A DNA stretch of 64,000 nt, from NCBI RefSeq assembly GCF_009834535.1, contig NC_045697.1, positions 92,630,001 through 92,694,000 on the forward strand, read 5' to 3'. A model generated the notes under the pieces. It saw nothing but the letters and a program-made list of their open reading frames with translations. It was not told where the DNA came from and ran no database searches. This DNA is from Camelus ferus. Taxonomy: Eukaryota. Position numbers and translations under genes: made by a program. Positions 1-11,320 of this stretch are shown here, in pieces; position 1 is the first letter of the stretch, and the number at the start of each line of letters is the position of its first letter.

Positions 1-330
1 TGGAACACTCAAATGTCCAGAGAGTAGATCATCTAGGGGCTTCTTCAGTAATACGTTGGTTGCGTGGCCTTAGATGCCTCACAGTCAGGGCTCATTTGGA
101 ACTGCCATCCAGAGAGCCTTGGCTTCTCCATTTCACTTGAGCTTCTCTGTGTAGTGACTGGTTTCTGAGAGGGCAGTCCTGAATGGAAGTGTCAGCAAAG
201 CCAACTTTCCAAGAGACCAAGGGAGAAGCTGCAGGGCCTTTTATGGCCTAGTATCCAAAGTCCCATAGCATCACTTCTGCTGTCTTCTGTTGGTCAAAGC
301 AGACACAAGTCAATCCAGATTCAAGTTAAG
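1..330. mobile_element. MaLR (MLT1J/K-like) LTR fragment
   Basis: Contains 'catagcatcacttctgctgtcttctgttggtcaaagcagacacaagtcaatccagattcaag', resembling the MLT1 core motif. Confidence 0.65.
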
Positions 331-349
331 GGGATCTTAAGTCAGAAAG

Positions 350-1848
350 TGTAGAAGGTCTGAGATGTTATCCACCTGTTATATAAATGAGCCAAAGATG
401 ATCCCTGCATGTTGGCCCTAGGCTTACTTCACAGCAGGCTGGGACCCAATTTGCTCAAAAGCCTGCAGGTGTCAAACTCAAATTTTTATAATCCAGTTGT
501 TTTAAATATAGTCCAAGTAAGCAGATATTTTAACCATTTTGAAATTGACTACTTTGAATACACCATGAAACTGTGCTTAGAATCTGCTAACCATAGATAA
601 GATAAACCCAGGGGTTATGAATGACCCCAGGCTACTGCTGCCCTTCAGAATTCTCTGACCCAGAGACTCCCCATTATGTTGTTAATTGACAGCATGTAGT
701 CAGGTGAACCCCTTCTCTGATTGTCTACCCTGCTGGAAGTTCCATTGCCTTCCCAATTTTCTGGGTATGGTACTATGGCCTCTAGAAGGTCTCATGCAAG
801 ACCCATTCCCTTCCCTCTACCTCCCCACTCCCCAGCACCACCTCCCTACACACAACACACCCATGCAAACCTGTCATACCACCACCCAAATAAAGCTTGT
901 TGTATGCTACTGCCACATCACGGTCATATGTTTTTCCTTGATCAGCACCCAGACCCCTCAAACTCACTACGTTTGTATGCAAACAAACAAGCCTTCCACA
1001 GTGTGGGTGTGTTGGCAGGAGACACAAGCATTTCTGGATCAGAGAAACAGACAGCTGATTACTCATAGCAAAATGCAGCAGCCAGAGCCCCAGTCCCCAC
1101 AGAGCAATATGATGAGAGCCAAACATTATCTGTGCATGAAGTGGATTTGTGTCCCAAGGGAGAAAACCCCAAAACTGAGATTCAGCGATTACATAGGTTG
1201 CTGGTACACCTACCCATCTTCTTTCCAGAAATCTCTTTTGTAGGGGAAGATAGGGAATGGGGTTCATTAGCCTGGGATATAAGCAAATGTCTCCTGGAAG
1301 GAGAAAGAAAGGGGATTAAGACTCTTATCCCCTCAGAAGGTTCCTGTTTTTAGAGACTCTACAGCTTTCTAGTTTGTTACGCAAACATCCTTTCAGTGTA
1401 CATTGCTTACATGACCTGGACCATACAGAAATATGAGACTATTTAGGGGAGACTGTCTCCCAAGAAGGTAGAGGCCCACCTCTTGAGAAGGGAACCCAGC
1501 AGCGATGGCTTGTCTCTGTTCCATGTGTCTAAGGCCTTGGCTAGGAAGACACAAAGGGCTTGGGATGAAGAGGGAGCTTCCCAATAGGGAACTCGCCGCA
1601 AGCGAAGATTTCAAGAGAACCAGACGGAAGCCCAAGACTTTTCATGACCAACCTTGGAAATCGCATGGAATCACTTCTGCAAGTGGTGGACACAATCACA
1701 CGGCTGACTGATACACTATAGGAGGGGACATGAAGCTTACTTGCCAAGGGAGGGATGCCAAAAGACCAGGGCTACCTTTTAAACTGCCACAGTCTTGAAA
1801 GATGTTGGGAACATGTCTCAGAGGAAGCATGTGAGCAAGGATCCACAG
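350..1848 (-). mobile_element. MER21/MER77-like ERVL LTR, split by a nested LTR at 377-971
   Basis: 'tgtagaaggtctgagatgttatccacc' (350-376) resumes after 971 as '...aacaagccttccacagtg...ggcaggagacacaagcatttctggatcagagaaac', resembling a MER21-group terminus. Confidence 0.6.
377..971 (+). mobile_element. Solo ERVL-type LTR (MER54/MER73-like) nested in the preceding LTR
   Basis: Starts TGTTATATAAATGAGCCAAAGATG, has AATAAA near 890 and ends '...aaactcactacg' (decayed CA); it interrupts the host LTR. Confidence 0.6.
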
Positions 1849-2109
1849 GTGTATAGGCAAAACTAGGCAAAAATCACAAAGTGTATCTTTTTTTTGTAGT
1901 CACATCTGACTAAAGAATAGGTATTAGAATTGAAACATTGTGTAATAAAATAATAAAAGTAGATTGGGCAAGTGATCTGTATTCCTGAATGCCAGAATAA
2001 GTAGTAGTGTTTCTTTTTCAGGAAATAAAATTTGATATATCAAAACTGATTTAGTCATTACCGGAAAAATGAGAACTTTGTTAGACTATACTTATTTTAT
2101 GGTTTATCT

Positions 2110-2722
2110 TGTTGAGAAGAAAGAAATTTTCTCCTACCCTTCCAAATTCTTCTGGTTGGTCTAAGAATTAAATTGACATGAGAAAGATTAACAGGATAAA
2201 AAAGAAATTTTCTCCTACCCTTCCAACTTCTTCTGGTTGGTCTAAGAATTAAATTGACATGAGAAAGATTAACAGAATAAAATCAAAGTTCAATAACATG
2301 TACACAGGGGAGAAACCCTGGAAACCTGAGTAACTTGCCAAAATGGCCAAGAGCCCTTATTAAAATAAGGCCAGAACCCTTATTTTAAATACTATCTTCA
2401 GCTAAAAACAAAAGAGGATGTTGGGGGTAGTGGTGTGGGAATTCAAAGAGGGGAGGAAGACAATTCACATGAAGATGGGACACAGGGTAGATCTCTAGGC
2501 CCTGCAGTTGCCCCATCATATCTGGTCTATATTCTTGGCAGATATGTCTGATAATAGCTCTGTTCTGGGGACAGAAACTTTATCTAAGTTATTTTAGGTA
2601 GTTAAGGGGGTGATAACAAGAAGCACTTCCTGAGTCTTCTGTTTCTTAAAAGAATAATCAGCCTAGATTAATCTTCATACCAATGAGACACATTCTGTGG
2701 TGACAAATTTTGCTCCCCTATA
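2110..2722 (-). mobile_element. Solo ERV1-type LTR with internal 81-bp tandem duplication
   Basis: TG...(C/T)A ends, flanks ATCT/ACCT (3/4 TSD), collinear with the second copy at 51749-52911. Confidence 0.75.
2120..2281. repeat. 81-bp tandem duplication (2 copies, 2 mismatches)
   Basis: 'aaagaaattttctcctacccttccaa...gagaaagattaacag.ataaa' occurs at 2120-2200 and 2201-2281. Confidence 0.95.
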
Positions 2723-3084
2723 ACCTATTTACTCATTGATTCTTATTATGTATTGAGATTTAACATAATCTTTATGTTCTCTTGGTTTTACCATGCCTGG
2801 GATTTTAATAATTTGAAAATAATTAAAATGTATCTTATGGCTAAAAAGAAAAAATTTGAAGAAAATAATATGCAATATAGCTTATCCATCTTTTCAGAAA
2901 AATTGTAAGTAGTCAAGTCAAAGGAATAAAATTATAATTGACCATGTATGTGTAATTTAATTGCCTGATAATTCAAAAGACTGAGAAAAACTGTTCTTAT
3001 TCCAGGGGATTCATAGATAAATAATTTATAATAATCTTCCCAATCAAGAAATAAATGAACTAACATATTTTAATGCCAGAAATC

Positions 3085-3248
3085 ATGTCAGACACTTCAC
3101 TTAAAAGCATTAATGTAACTCTAAAACCTATCCCACATATTATTTTGTTCATTTTAAACACTGAGGAAATAATCCTATGCACAGAAATCTTGAGGGACTT
3201 ATATACAGTCCAATTGTCAGTAAATGGGAGAACCAGAATTCACACACA
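3085..3248 (-). mobile_element. MIR SINE fragment
   Basis: 'cattttaaacactgaggaaa...gacttatatacagtc...gtaaatgggagaaccagaattcacac' resembles the MIR core. Confidence 0.5.
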
Positions 3249-3679
3249 GACTTATTTCACTTAGCATAATACCCTCCAAGTCCATCCATCCTGTACATCA
3301 GAAACTAATACAACATTTTTATTTTATTTTATTTTGTTTTTAACATTTTTATTGACTTATAATCATTTTACAATGTTGTGTTAAATTCCAGTGTACAGCA
3401 CGATTTTTCAGTTATACATGAACATATATTCATTGTCACATTTTTTTCTCTGTGAGCTACCATGAGATCTTGTGTATATTTCCCTGTGCTATACAGTATA
3501 ATCTTGTTTATCTATTCTACAATTTTGAAATCCCGTCTATCCCTTCCCACCCTCCGCCCCATCGGCAACCACAAGTTTGTATTCTATGTCTATGAGTCTA
3601 TTTCTGTTTTGTATTTATGCTTTGTTTTTTCATTTTTGTTTTTGTTTTTTAAGATTCCACATATGAGCAATCTCATATG

Positions 3680-6600
3680 GTATTTTTCTTTCTTTCTGAC
3701 TTACTTCACTTAGAATGACATTCCCCAGGAAAATCCATGTTGCTGCAGATGGCATTATGTTGTCGGTTTTTATGGCTGAGTAGTAATCCATTGCATAAAT
3801 ATACCACCTCTTCTTTATCCAGTCATCCATTGATAGACATTTAGGCTTTCCCCATGTCTTGGCTATTGTAAATAGTGCTGCTATGAACATTGGGGTGCAG
3901 GTGTCATCCTGAAGTAGGGTTCCTTCTGGATATAAGCCCAGGAGCGGGATTCCTGGGTCATACAGTAAGTCTATTCCTAGTCTTTTGAGGAATCTCCATA
4001 CTGTTTTCCACAGTGGCTGCACCAAACTGCATTCCCACCAGCAGTGTAGGAGGGTTCCCCTTTCTCCACAGCTTCTCCAACATTTGTCATTTGTGGATTT
4101 TTGAATAATGGCCATTCTGACTGGTGTGAGGTGATACCTCATTGTAGTTTTGATTTGCATTTCTCTGATAATTAGTGATATTGAGCATTTTTTCATGTGC
4201 TTATTGATCATTTGTATTTCTTCCTTGGAGAATTGCTTGTTCAGGTCTTTTGCCCATCTTTGGATTAGGTTGTTTTGTTGTTTCTTATTAAGTCATATGA
4301 GCTGCTTATATATTCTGGAGATCAAGCCTTTGTTGGTTTCATTTGCAAAGATTTTCTCCCATTCTGTAGGTTGTCTTTTTGTTTTACTTCTGGTTTCCTT
4401 TGCTGTGCAGAAGCTTGTAAGTTTCATTAGGTCCCATTTGTTTATTCTTGCTTTTATTTCTTCTAGGAGAACATTTTTGAGATGTATGTCAGATAATGTT
4501 TTGCCTGTATTTTCCTCTAGGAAGTTTATTGTATCTTGTCTTATGTTTAAATCTTTGATCCATTTTGAGTTGATTTTTGTGTATGGTGTAAGGGAGTGTT
4601 CTAGCTTCATTGTTTTACATGCTGCTGTCCAGTTTTCCCAACACCATTTGCTGAAGAGACTGTCTTTATTCCATTGTGTATTCTTGCCTCCTTTGTCGGA
4701 GATTAGTTGACCAAAAGTTTGTGGGTTCATTTCTGGTCTCTCTATTCTGTTCCACTGGTCTATATGTCTGTTTTTGTACCAATACCATTCTGTCTTGATG
4801 ACTGTAGCTCTATAGTATTGTCTGAAGTCTGGGAGAGTTATTCCTCCAGCCTCTTTCTTTCTCTTCAGTAATGCTTTGGCAATTCTAGGTCTTTGATGGT
4901 TCCATGTAAACTTTATTATGATTTGTTCTAGTTCTGTGAAATATGTCCTGGGTAATTTGATAGGGATTGCATGAAATCTGTAGATTGCCTTGGGCAGTGT
5001 GACCATTTTAACAATATTGATTCTTCCAATCCAAGAGCATGGGATATCTTTCCATTTTTTAAAGTCTTCTTTAATTTCCTTCATCAATGGTTTATAGTTT
5101 TCTGTGTATAATTCTTTCAGCTCCTTGATTAGGTTTATTCCTAGGTATTTTATTACTTAGGGTGCTATTTTAAAGGGGATTGTTTCTTTACTTTATTTTT
5201 CTGTTGATTCATTGTTAGTGTAAAGAAATGCCACAGATTTTTGAACGTTAATCTTGTAACCTGCTACCTTGCTGAATTCTTCGATCAGCTCTAGTAGCTT
5301 TTGTGTGGACTTTTTAGGGTTTTCTATATATAGTCGTCTATATATATGCCGTCAGCATATAGTGACACTTTCACCTCTTCTTTTCCAATTTGGATCCCTT
5401 TTATTTCTCTCTCTTGTCTGATTGCTGTGGCTAGGACTTCCAAGACTATGTTGAATAGGAGTGGTGATAGTGGGCATCCTTGTCTTGTCCCAGATTTTAG
5501 TGGGAAGTTTTTGAGTTTTTCACCGTTGAGTACTATGCTGGCTGTAGGTTTGTCATATATAGCTTTTATGATGTTGAGATATGTTCCCTCTATACCCACT
5601 TTGGTGAGAGTTTTTATCATAAATGGGTGTTGAATTTTATCAAATGCTTTTTCTGCATCGATTGAGATGATCATGTGGTTTTTGTCCTTTCTCTTGTTGA
5701 TGTGATGTATTACACTGATTGATTTGCATATGTTAAACCACCCTTGTGTCCCTGGGATGAACCCCACTTGGTCATGATGTATCATCTTTTTTATGTGTTG
5801 TTGGATTCTATTTGCTAATATTTTGGTGAGGATCTTGGCATCTATGTTCATCAGTGATATTGGCCGGTAATTCTCTTTTTTGGTAGTGTCTTTGCCTGGT
5901 TTTGGTATCAGGGTGGTGGTGGCTTCATTGAATGAGTTTGGGAGTATTCCCTCCTTTTCAATCTTCTGGAAGAGTTTGAGAAGGACTCGTATGAGTTCTT
6001 TGTGTGTTTGGTAGAATTCCCCAGTGAAGCCGTCCGGTCCCGGACTTTTATTTGTAGGGAGGTTTTTTATTGCTATTTTGATTTCATTTCTAGTGATCGG
6101 TTTATTCAAGTGGTCAGTTTCTTCTTGATTCAGTCTTGGTGGACTGTATGTTTCCAGAAACTTGTCCATCTCCTCTAGGTTATCCAGTTTGGTTCCACAT
6201 AGTTTTTCATAATATTCTCGTATGATATTCTGTATTTCTATTTTATTTGTTGTAATTTCTCCATATCCTTTCTTATTTTGCTAATTTGTGCTCTCTCTTT
6301 TTTCTTCTTTGTGAGTTTGGCCAGAGGTTTGTCGATTTTATTTACTTTTTCAAAAAAACATCTTTTGGTTTGATTGATTTTTTTCTATGGTCTTTTTAAT
6401 CTGTATTTTATTTATTTCTTCCCTAATCTTTATAATTTCCTTCCTTCTGCTGCCATTTGGGGTTTTTGTTCTCCTTTTTCTAGTTCATTCAGCTGGTGGG
6501 TTAAATTGTTTACTTGAGATTGTTCTTCTTTTTTGAGGAAGGCCTGTATCACTATAAACTTCCATCTTAGCACTGCTTTTGTTGTGTCCCATAAATTTTG

Positions 6601-7070
6601 TGTGGTTTTCATTTTCATTTGTCTCAAGGTATTTTTTAATTTCAGCTTTAATTTCCTCATTGACCCATTGGTTTTTTAATAATATATTGTTTAATCTCCA
6701 TGCTTTCCTTTTGTTCTCCTTTGTTTCTCTGTTGTTGATTTCTAGTTTCATGGCATTGTGGTCAGTAAAGATGCTTGAGATAATTTCTATCTTCTTAAAA
6801 TTGCTGAGGTTTCTTTTGTGCCCAAGTACATTATCAATCCTGGAAAATGTTCCATGTGCACTTGAAAAGAATGTATATCCTATTTTTTGGAGGTGTAATG
6901 CTCTGAAAATATCCACCAAATCTAATTTTTTCATTGTATTATTTAATTTCTCTGTTGCCTTATTTATTTTCTGTCTGGAAGATCTGTCTAGTGATGTTAA
7001 TGCGGTGTTGAAATCTCCAACTATGATTATATTCCCATCAATATCCCCCTTTATCTCTGTTAGTAATTGT
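3680..7070 (-). pseudogene. Disrupted L1 ORF2 (endonuclease/reverse transcriptase)
   Basis: Motifs [44 protein letters not shown] are spread over several frames with stops. Confidence 0.93.
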
Positions 7071-7189
7071 TTAAAGAAAAATTTAAAAGGGATTAAAACT
7101 GGGAGGATATATAATTGTTTAAAAAGTAAAAATTAAAAAGGCAATAGAAAATACAACAGGTAAAAACAGATTTAAAAAAAAAGGAAGGG

Positions 7190-7755
7190 TGGGGGTGTTC
7201 TCCTGGAGACTGTGTGCTCTTAATGAGAAGTCTTTGTCTTCGCCCTGTTTCGCGAACTCAGCTTGCTGTTTCCAGAGGCGCCTCCGTTGGCGCCCTCGTC
7301 TGTGCTGCTCCCATTGCCTGTTGGCAAGCAGATCGCGCCCCCTTCCAGCATAGCGTGGGTCTCGGGCTGGGTGTCGCAGGGACCCTCTGTGCCCGTTTAA
7401 CTTAGTTCTGTCGGTCAAGGGCTGCTCTGTACAGATCCGAGCCTCGGAGGCTCCCCCTCTGTCCCTCTGGCCTCTCCGTTAGAGAGGGGAGACACAGTGA
7501 ACGAGTGCCAGTCCTCCTTTGCCGCTCCCTCCCCACGGGACCTGTCCTGCATTGTTTTGCCTTTTCGTCTTCCTTTTTTTCCTTTCTCCTACCAGATTTT
7601 TGGTGTCTGTATTTTGAAGAGGATGATGTTCTGTCGGAGTTCCACAGGTGCTGTGGTTGGCTGAGTGGGTCCATGGATGTGAGTTTTGGTGTATCTGTGG
7701 GAGAGGGTGAGCTATGAGCGTCCTACTACTCTGCCATCTTGGCCTCGTCTCTCCT
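7190..7755 (-). promoter_or_regulatory. L1 5'UTR internal promoter, CpG-rich, with YY1-type motif
   Basis: Many CpGs against an AT-rich background. The minus strand begins 'aggagagacgaggCCAAGATGGCagag' (motif at 7733-7742), the typical L1 start. Confidence 0.8.
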
Positions 7756-7799
7756 GATACAACACTTAAAATTAACTGTATATACTTCAATTAAAAAGC

Positions 7800-8347
7800 A
7801 AATAACCAACCAACCTATTTAAAAAATGGTCAGGAGAACTGAACAGATATTTCTCCAAAAGAAGAAATGCAGGTGGCCAACAGGCACATAAAAAGTTGCT
7901 CAACATCACTAATATCAGGAAAATGGAAATCAAAATCACAATGAGATATCTCACACCTGTCAGAATGGCCATCATCAAAAAGAATGCAAATAACAAATGT
8001 TGGCAAGGATGTGGAGAAAAGGGAACCCTTGTACCACTGTTGATAGGAATGTAAATTGGTGCAGCCACTATGGAAAACAATATGGAGGTTTCTCAAAAAC
8101 CTGAAAATAGAACTACCATATGGCCCAGCAATTTCACTCCTGGGCCTATATCCGAGATAAACGAAAATGTTAATTCAAAAATATACATACACCCTGCTAA
8201 TATCAGCAACATTATTTATAATTGCCATGACATGGAAGCATCCTAAGTGCACAACAGTAGATGAATGGATAAATAAGATGTAGCATATATATGCAATGGA
8301 ATACAACTAACCCATTAAAAAAAAGAAGATATTTTGCCATTTGCAGC
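7800..8347 (+). mobile_element. Older L1 ORF2 3' fragment
   Basis: 'aaatcaaaatcacaatgagatatc...ggtgcagccactatggaaaac...ttgccatttgcagc' matches the ORF2 C-terminal region. Confidence 0.9.
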
Positions 8348-8424
8348 CCTTCATTCACTTTGTTGTTATTGTTGTTGTTGTTTTCCACTTCAAAAGCAAG
8401 AATTGTATAACTGGCATAAACATT

Positions 8425-8725
8425 TCCATTGCATCAAAAACAACAAAATACATAGAAATAAACTTAACTAAGGAGGTTAACTATACTCTGGAAACTGTAA
8501 AACATTGATGAAGGAAATTGAGTTTGATACAAAGAAATGGAAGGATATCCTGTGCTCTTGGATTTGAAGAATCAACATTATCAAAATGGTGATATTACCC
8601 AAAGCAATCTACAGATCCAATGCAACCTCTGACAGAATACTCACAACAATTTTCACCAAACTAGAATAAACAAACCCAAAATTTATATGGAACCATAAAA
8701 GACCCCAAATTGCCAAAGCAGTCTT
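8425..8725 (+). mobile_element. Older L1 ORF2 mid fragment
   Basis: 'aaatggaaggatatcctgtgctcttgg...cccaaagcaatctacaga' encodes the KWKDI.CSW / LPKAIYR region. Confidence 0.88.
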
Positions 8726-8734
8726 TTCTAGAAA

Positions 8735-9150
8735 TTTGTTTTTTCTCTTTCTTCTTTTTGTTCTCTTTTCTTATAGTTTGATGACTAGAAAAGTACCTTC
8801 AACATTTGTTGTAAAGCTGGTTTGGTGGTGCTGAATTCTTTTAGCTTTTGTTTATCTGTGAAGCTTTTGATTTCTCCGTCAAATCTGAACGAGAGCCTTG
8901 CTGGATAGAGTATTGTTGGTTGTAAGTTTTCCCCTTTCATCAGTTTAAATGTATCATGCCACTCCCTTCTAGCCTGTAGAGTTTTTGCTGAAAAATCAGC
9001 TGATAACCTTATAGGAGTTCTCTGTCATACATACTGTGTTACTTAAGTAATGTTATTAACTTTATTGTTATTTGTTGCTTTTCTTTTGCTGATTTTAATA
9101 TTTTCTCCTTATCCTTAATTTTTGTCGATTTGATTACTATGTGCCTTGGC
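8735..9150 (-). mobile_element. L1 ORF1 C-terminal fragment plus inter-ORF spacer
   Basis: Minus-strand translation TPIRLSADFSAKTLQARREWHDTFKLMKGENLQPTILYPARLSFRFDGEIKSFTDKQKLKEFSTTKPALQQML is typical ORF1p. Confidence 0.9.
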
Positions 9151-10689
9151 TTCTCCTTTCTAATTTCTTCTTTCTTCTTTCTTCTTTTCTCTTTCTTTTC
9201 TTCATTCTATCTCTGTAGTAAAGCAAGTGCCTATGAGTACCCAGGTAAGCTGTTTAAAAATTTCACTCTTTTACTTCTTGGCCATAAAATAGAAAGGATA
9301 ACATATTCACATAAATAAATAGACTCACATCTGATTTCCTTATTCATGAAGCTGATGCAGTCCCATGGTAGGATATATTTTGCTTTATTACAAAAGACAC
9401 TCTCCTGTGATTGCAGAATGATCCATTAGGGCAAAATGCTTTGTGTCCTTGTACACTCTTCCATTACTTGGAGCCCTTTGGTGTTGCAGCATGACTCAGT
9501 ATCACTCAGCCTAAGTGCCGACGCAAGGAAAGAATGTTGATGATGGTTCAGTAAAAAAGAAAACAAAAAAGAATGCTCTCTGTAATCCTAGGTAAAATCT
9601 AATGATAGTATTAATAAATATAAAAATAGTAAGAGAAATTAAATTTGTCAGGACCTCAGCAAAACCTTGTATTTAGGGAATGTACCAGGAAATAAAATGT
9701 ATATGTATGTGCAAATGACTCGGAGGAAGGCATATATAGATACATACACCTACCCTCAGAACCCACTTTCTACGTGAGAGAGGAAACCACTTGAGAGAAG
9801 AATTGTATTTTCTCTTCTACCCCCACTATTGTACCTGTAGAAAGGTTAGATATGTAAGTAAATGAAAAAAGGAATGAAAAATGAAAGGAAGTGCCCACTT
9901 TTAGATATGTTAATAAAACATTTCACAGAAATCTGATTTGGAAACTGCAGAGTTTAATATGATGTACTGATAAATACAGTTATTGCAGATTTTAGATACA
10001 AAATGACATCTTTTTCTTCTAAGAAAAAGACATTTTTCAGTTTCTTCAGGATGCAAAAATAAAACCACTTAAGAAAGTAAAATCCATGAAGAAAGAACAG
10101 TGTGGAGAAAGAGGAGACACAATATATTAGTTTATGTTTTAATCTGTTGGAGTTTTTCATTTCCCTCTATGCCTCATTTACTGTAAAATACAAGATCAAC
10201 GATATAAGTAGTTTTCAGTCCTAATTTTTATCTCAAGCAGAGATTTCACTAACTTCTCTAAGTAAGGAGAGGAAACTTTCTCATTTTGTAATAAATATTT
10301 GCACATTAACATAAAATAGCAGCTTCTGTCATAATTATGCTATATATGTACCTAGGTATAGCATCTAAAATTTTTCAAATTACTCATCTTTTAGTAACTG
10401 TGAAGAATCGACTAATTACAATCTCAAGGCTATTTCAACAGGTAAAAATGAAAAATCATCTTTGATTCATTCTTATATATGAAAACATAATAAAATTTAA
10501 ATATAATTAACATTATATGGCCACATGGTTCACTTCCTACAAATACTTAATAAGCTATAAGTAGCATATTCAAAAAGACACTTCACTTGCTAAAGAATAT
10601 TTAATTGCACAAATATTTTGAGTATTACAAATTTAGTAATGTATTTAATAGTTCTTAAATAAATGTGTATGTTTTACCGCATTATTACC

Positions 10690-11320
10690 TATGTAGTCTA
10701 GGCCATTCTAATCTTTGGCCTGGAATATTGCAATAGTTTCTAGTAATGAATGCTTTTGATCTATCTTACACACCACAGAATAGCTTTTTGTAAATTGGGG
10801 TGCCGTGACCTCAGTCTCTTGTTGCTTGCTTAAAAATATTTACTGGTTTCCTATTGGCTTCTGGATTAAGTATGTAAACTTTTGGCAGGGATTGCAAGTT
10901 CTTCGTGGTCCAATACTTGGTTGTTTCTCCAGGATTCTTTTCTCTTTCCTCTACTCTTCCCACTTGGCAGGCCGGTTTCATGAACACACCTACTCCTGTT
11001 GGTATGTTCAGTATACCCATGACACCTGCTACTTTGGAGTCTTCATTTAGCTAAATTCTCATTCTTGAAACCTCAGTTTAGACATTGATCCTCTATGAAG
11101 CCTCCATGAACCCCTTGTCTACTCTGGACTGGGATCCTTCCCCTGGACTACCATGACACTTTAGTTGCTTATAGATTTGTCCATATTTTACTAAACTGTG
11201 AGTCTTTGGAAGATTGGGACTGCATGCGTCAGGTACCCCACATGCATATCAGGTGACTGGCATTACATAATGAAACTGCTTGCCATGCTGTAGATGCTTA
11301 GTCAGTATTAATGGGATGAG
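10690..11320 (+). mobile_element. L2 3' fragment
   Basis: 'cctggaatattgcaatagtttc', 'aaactgtgagtctttggaagattgggactg' and a degenerate tail resemble the L2 3' end. Confidence 0.55.

Larger units (their letters stand above)
3316..7755 (-). mobile_element. Relatively young LINE-1: 5' end intact, ORF1 and start of ORF2 deleted, ORF2 disrupted
   Basis: ORF track gives L1 ORF2 EN (6485-6934), RT (5324-6169) and C-terminal (4293-5087, 3630-4211) peptides. A-rich tail at 3316-3340, GC-rich 5'UTR at about 7190-7755, TSD aatacaacattt/gatacaacactt. Confidence 0.95.

Noticed and set aside
409..1747. Cluster of overlapping ORFs of up to 185 aa
   Set aside because: All lie in LTR sequence on both strands, with no recognisable domains.
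4150..7136. Plus-strand ORFs of 186, 95 and 185 aa
   Set aside because: Antisense shadows of L1 ORF2.
7119..7790. ORFs in the L1 5'UTR as ORF1 or an ORF0 analogue
   Set aside because: No ORF1p motifs; open frames are expected in GC-rich sequence.
8735..9150. HAL1 (ORF1-only) element
   Set aside because: The sequence after ORF1 looks like an ordinary inter-ORF spacer, with no distinct tail or TSD.
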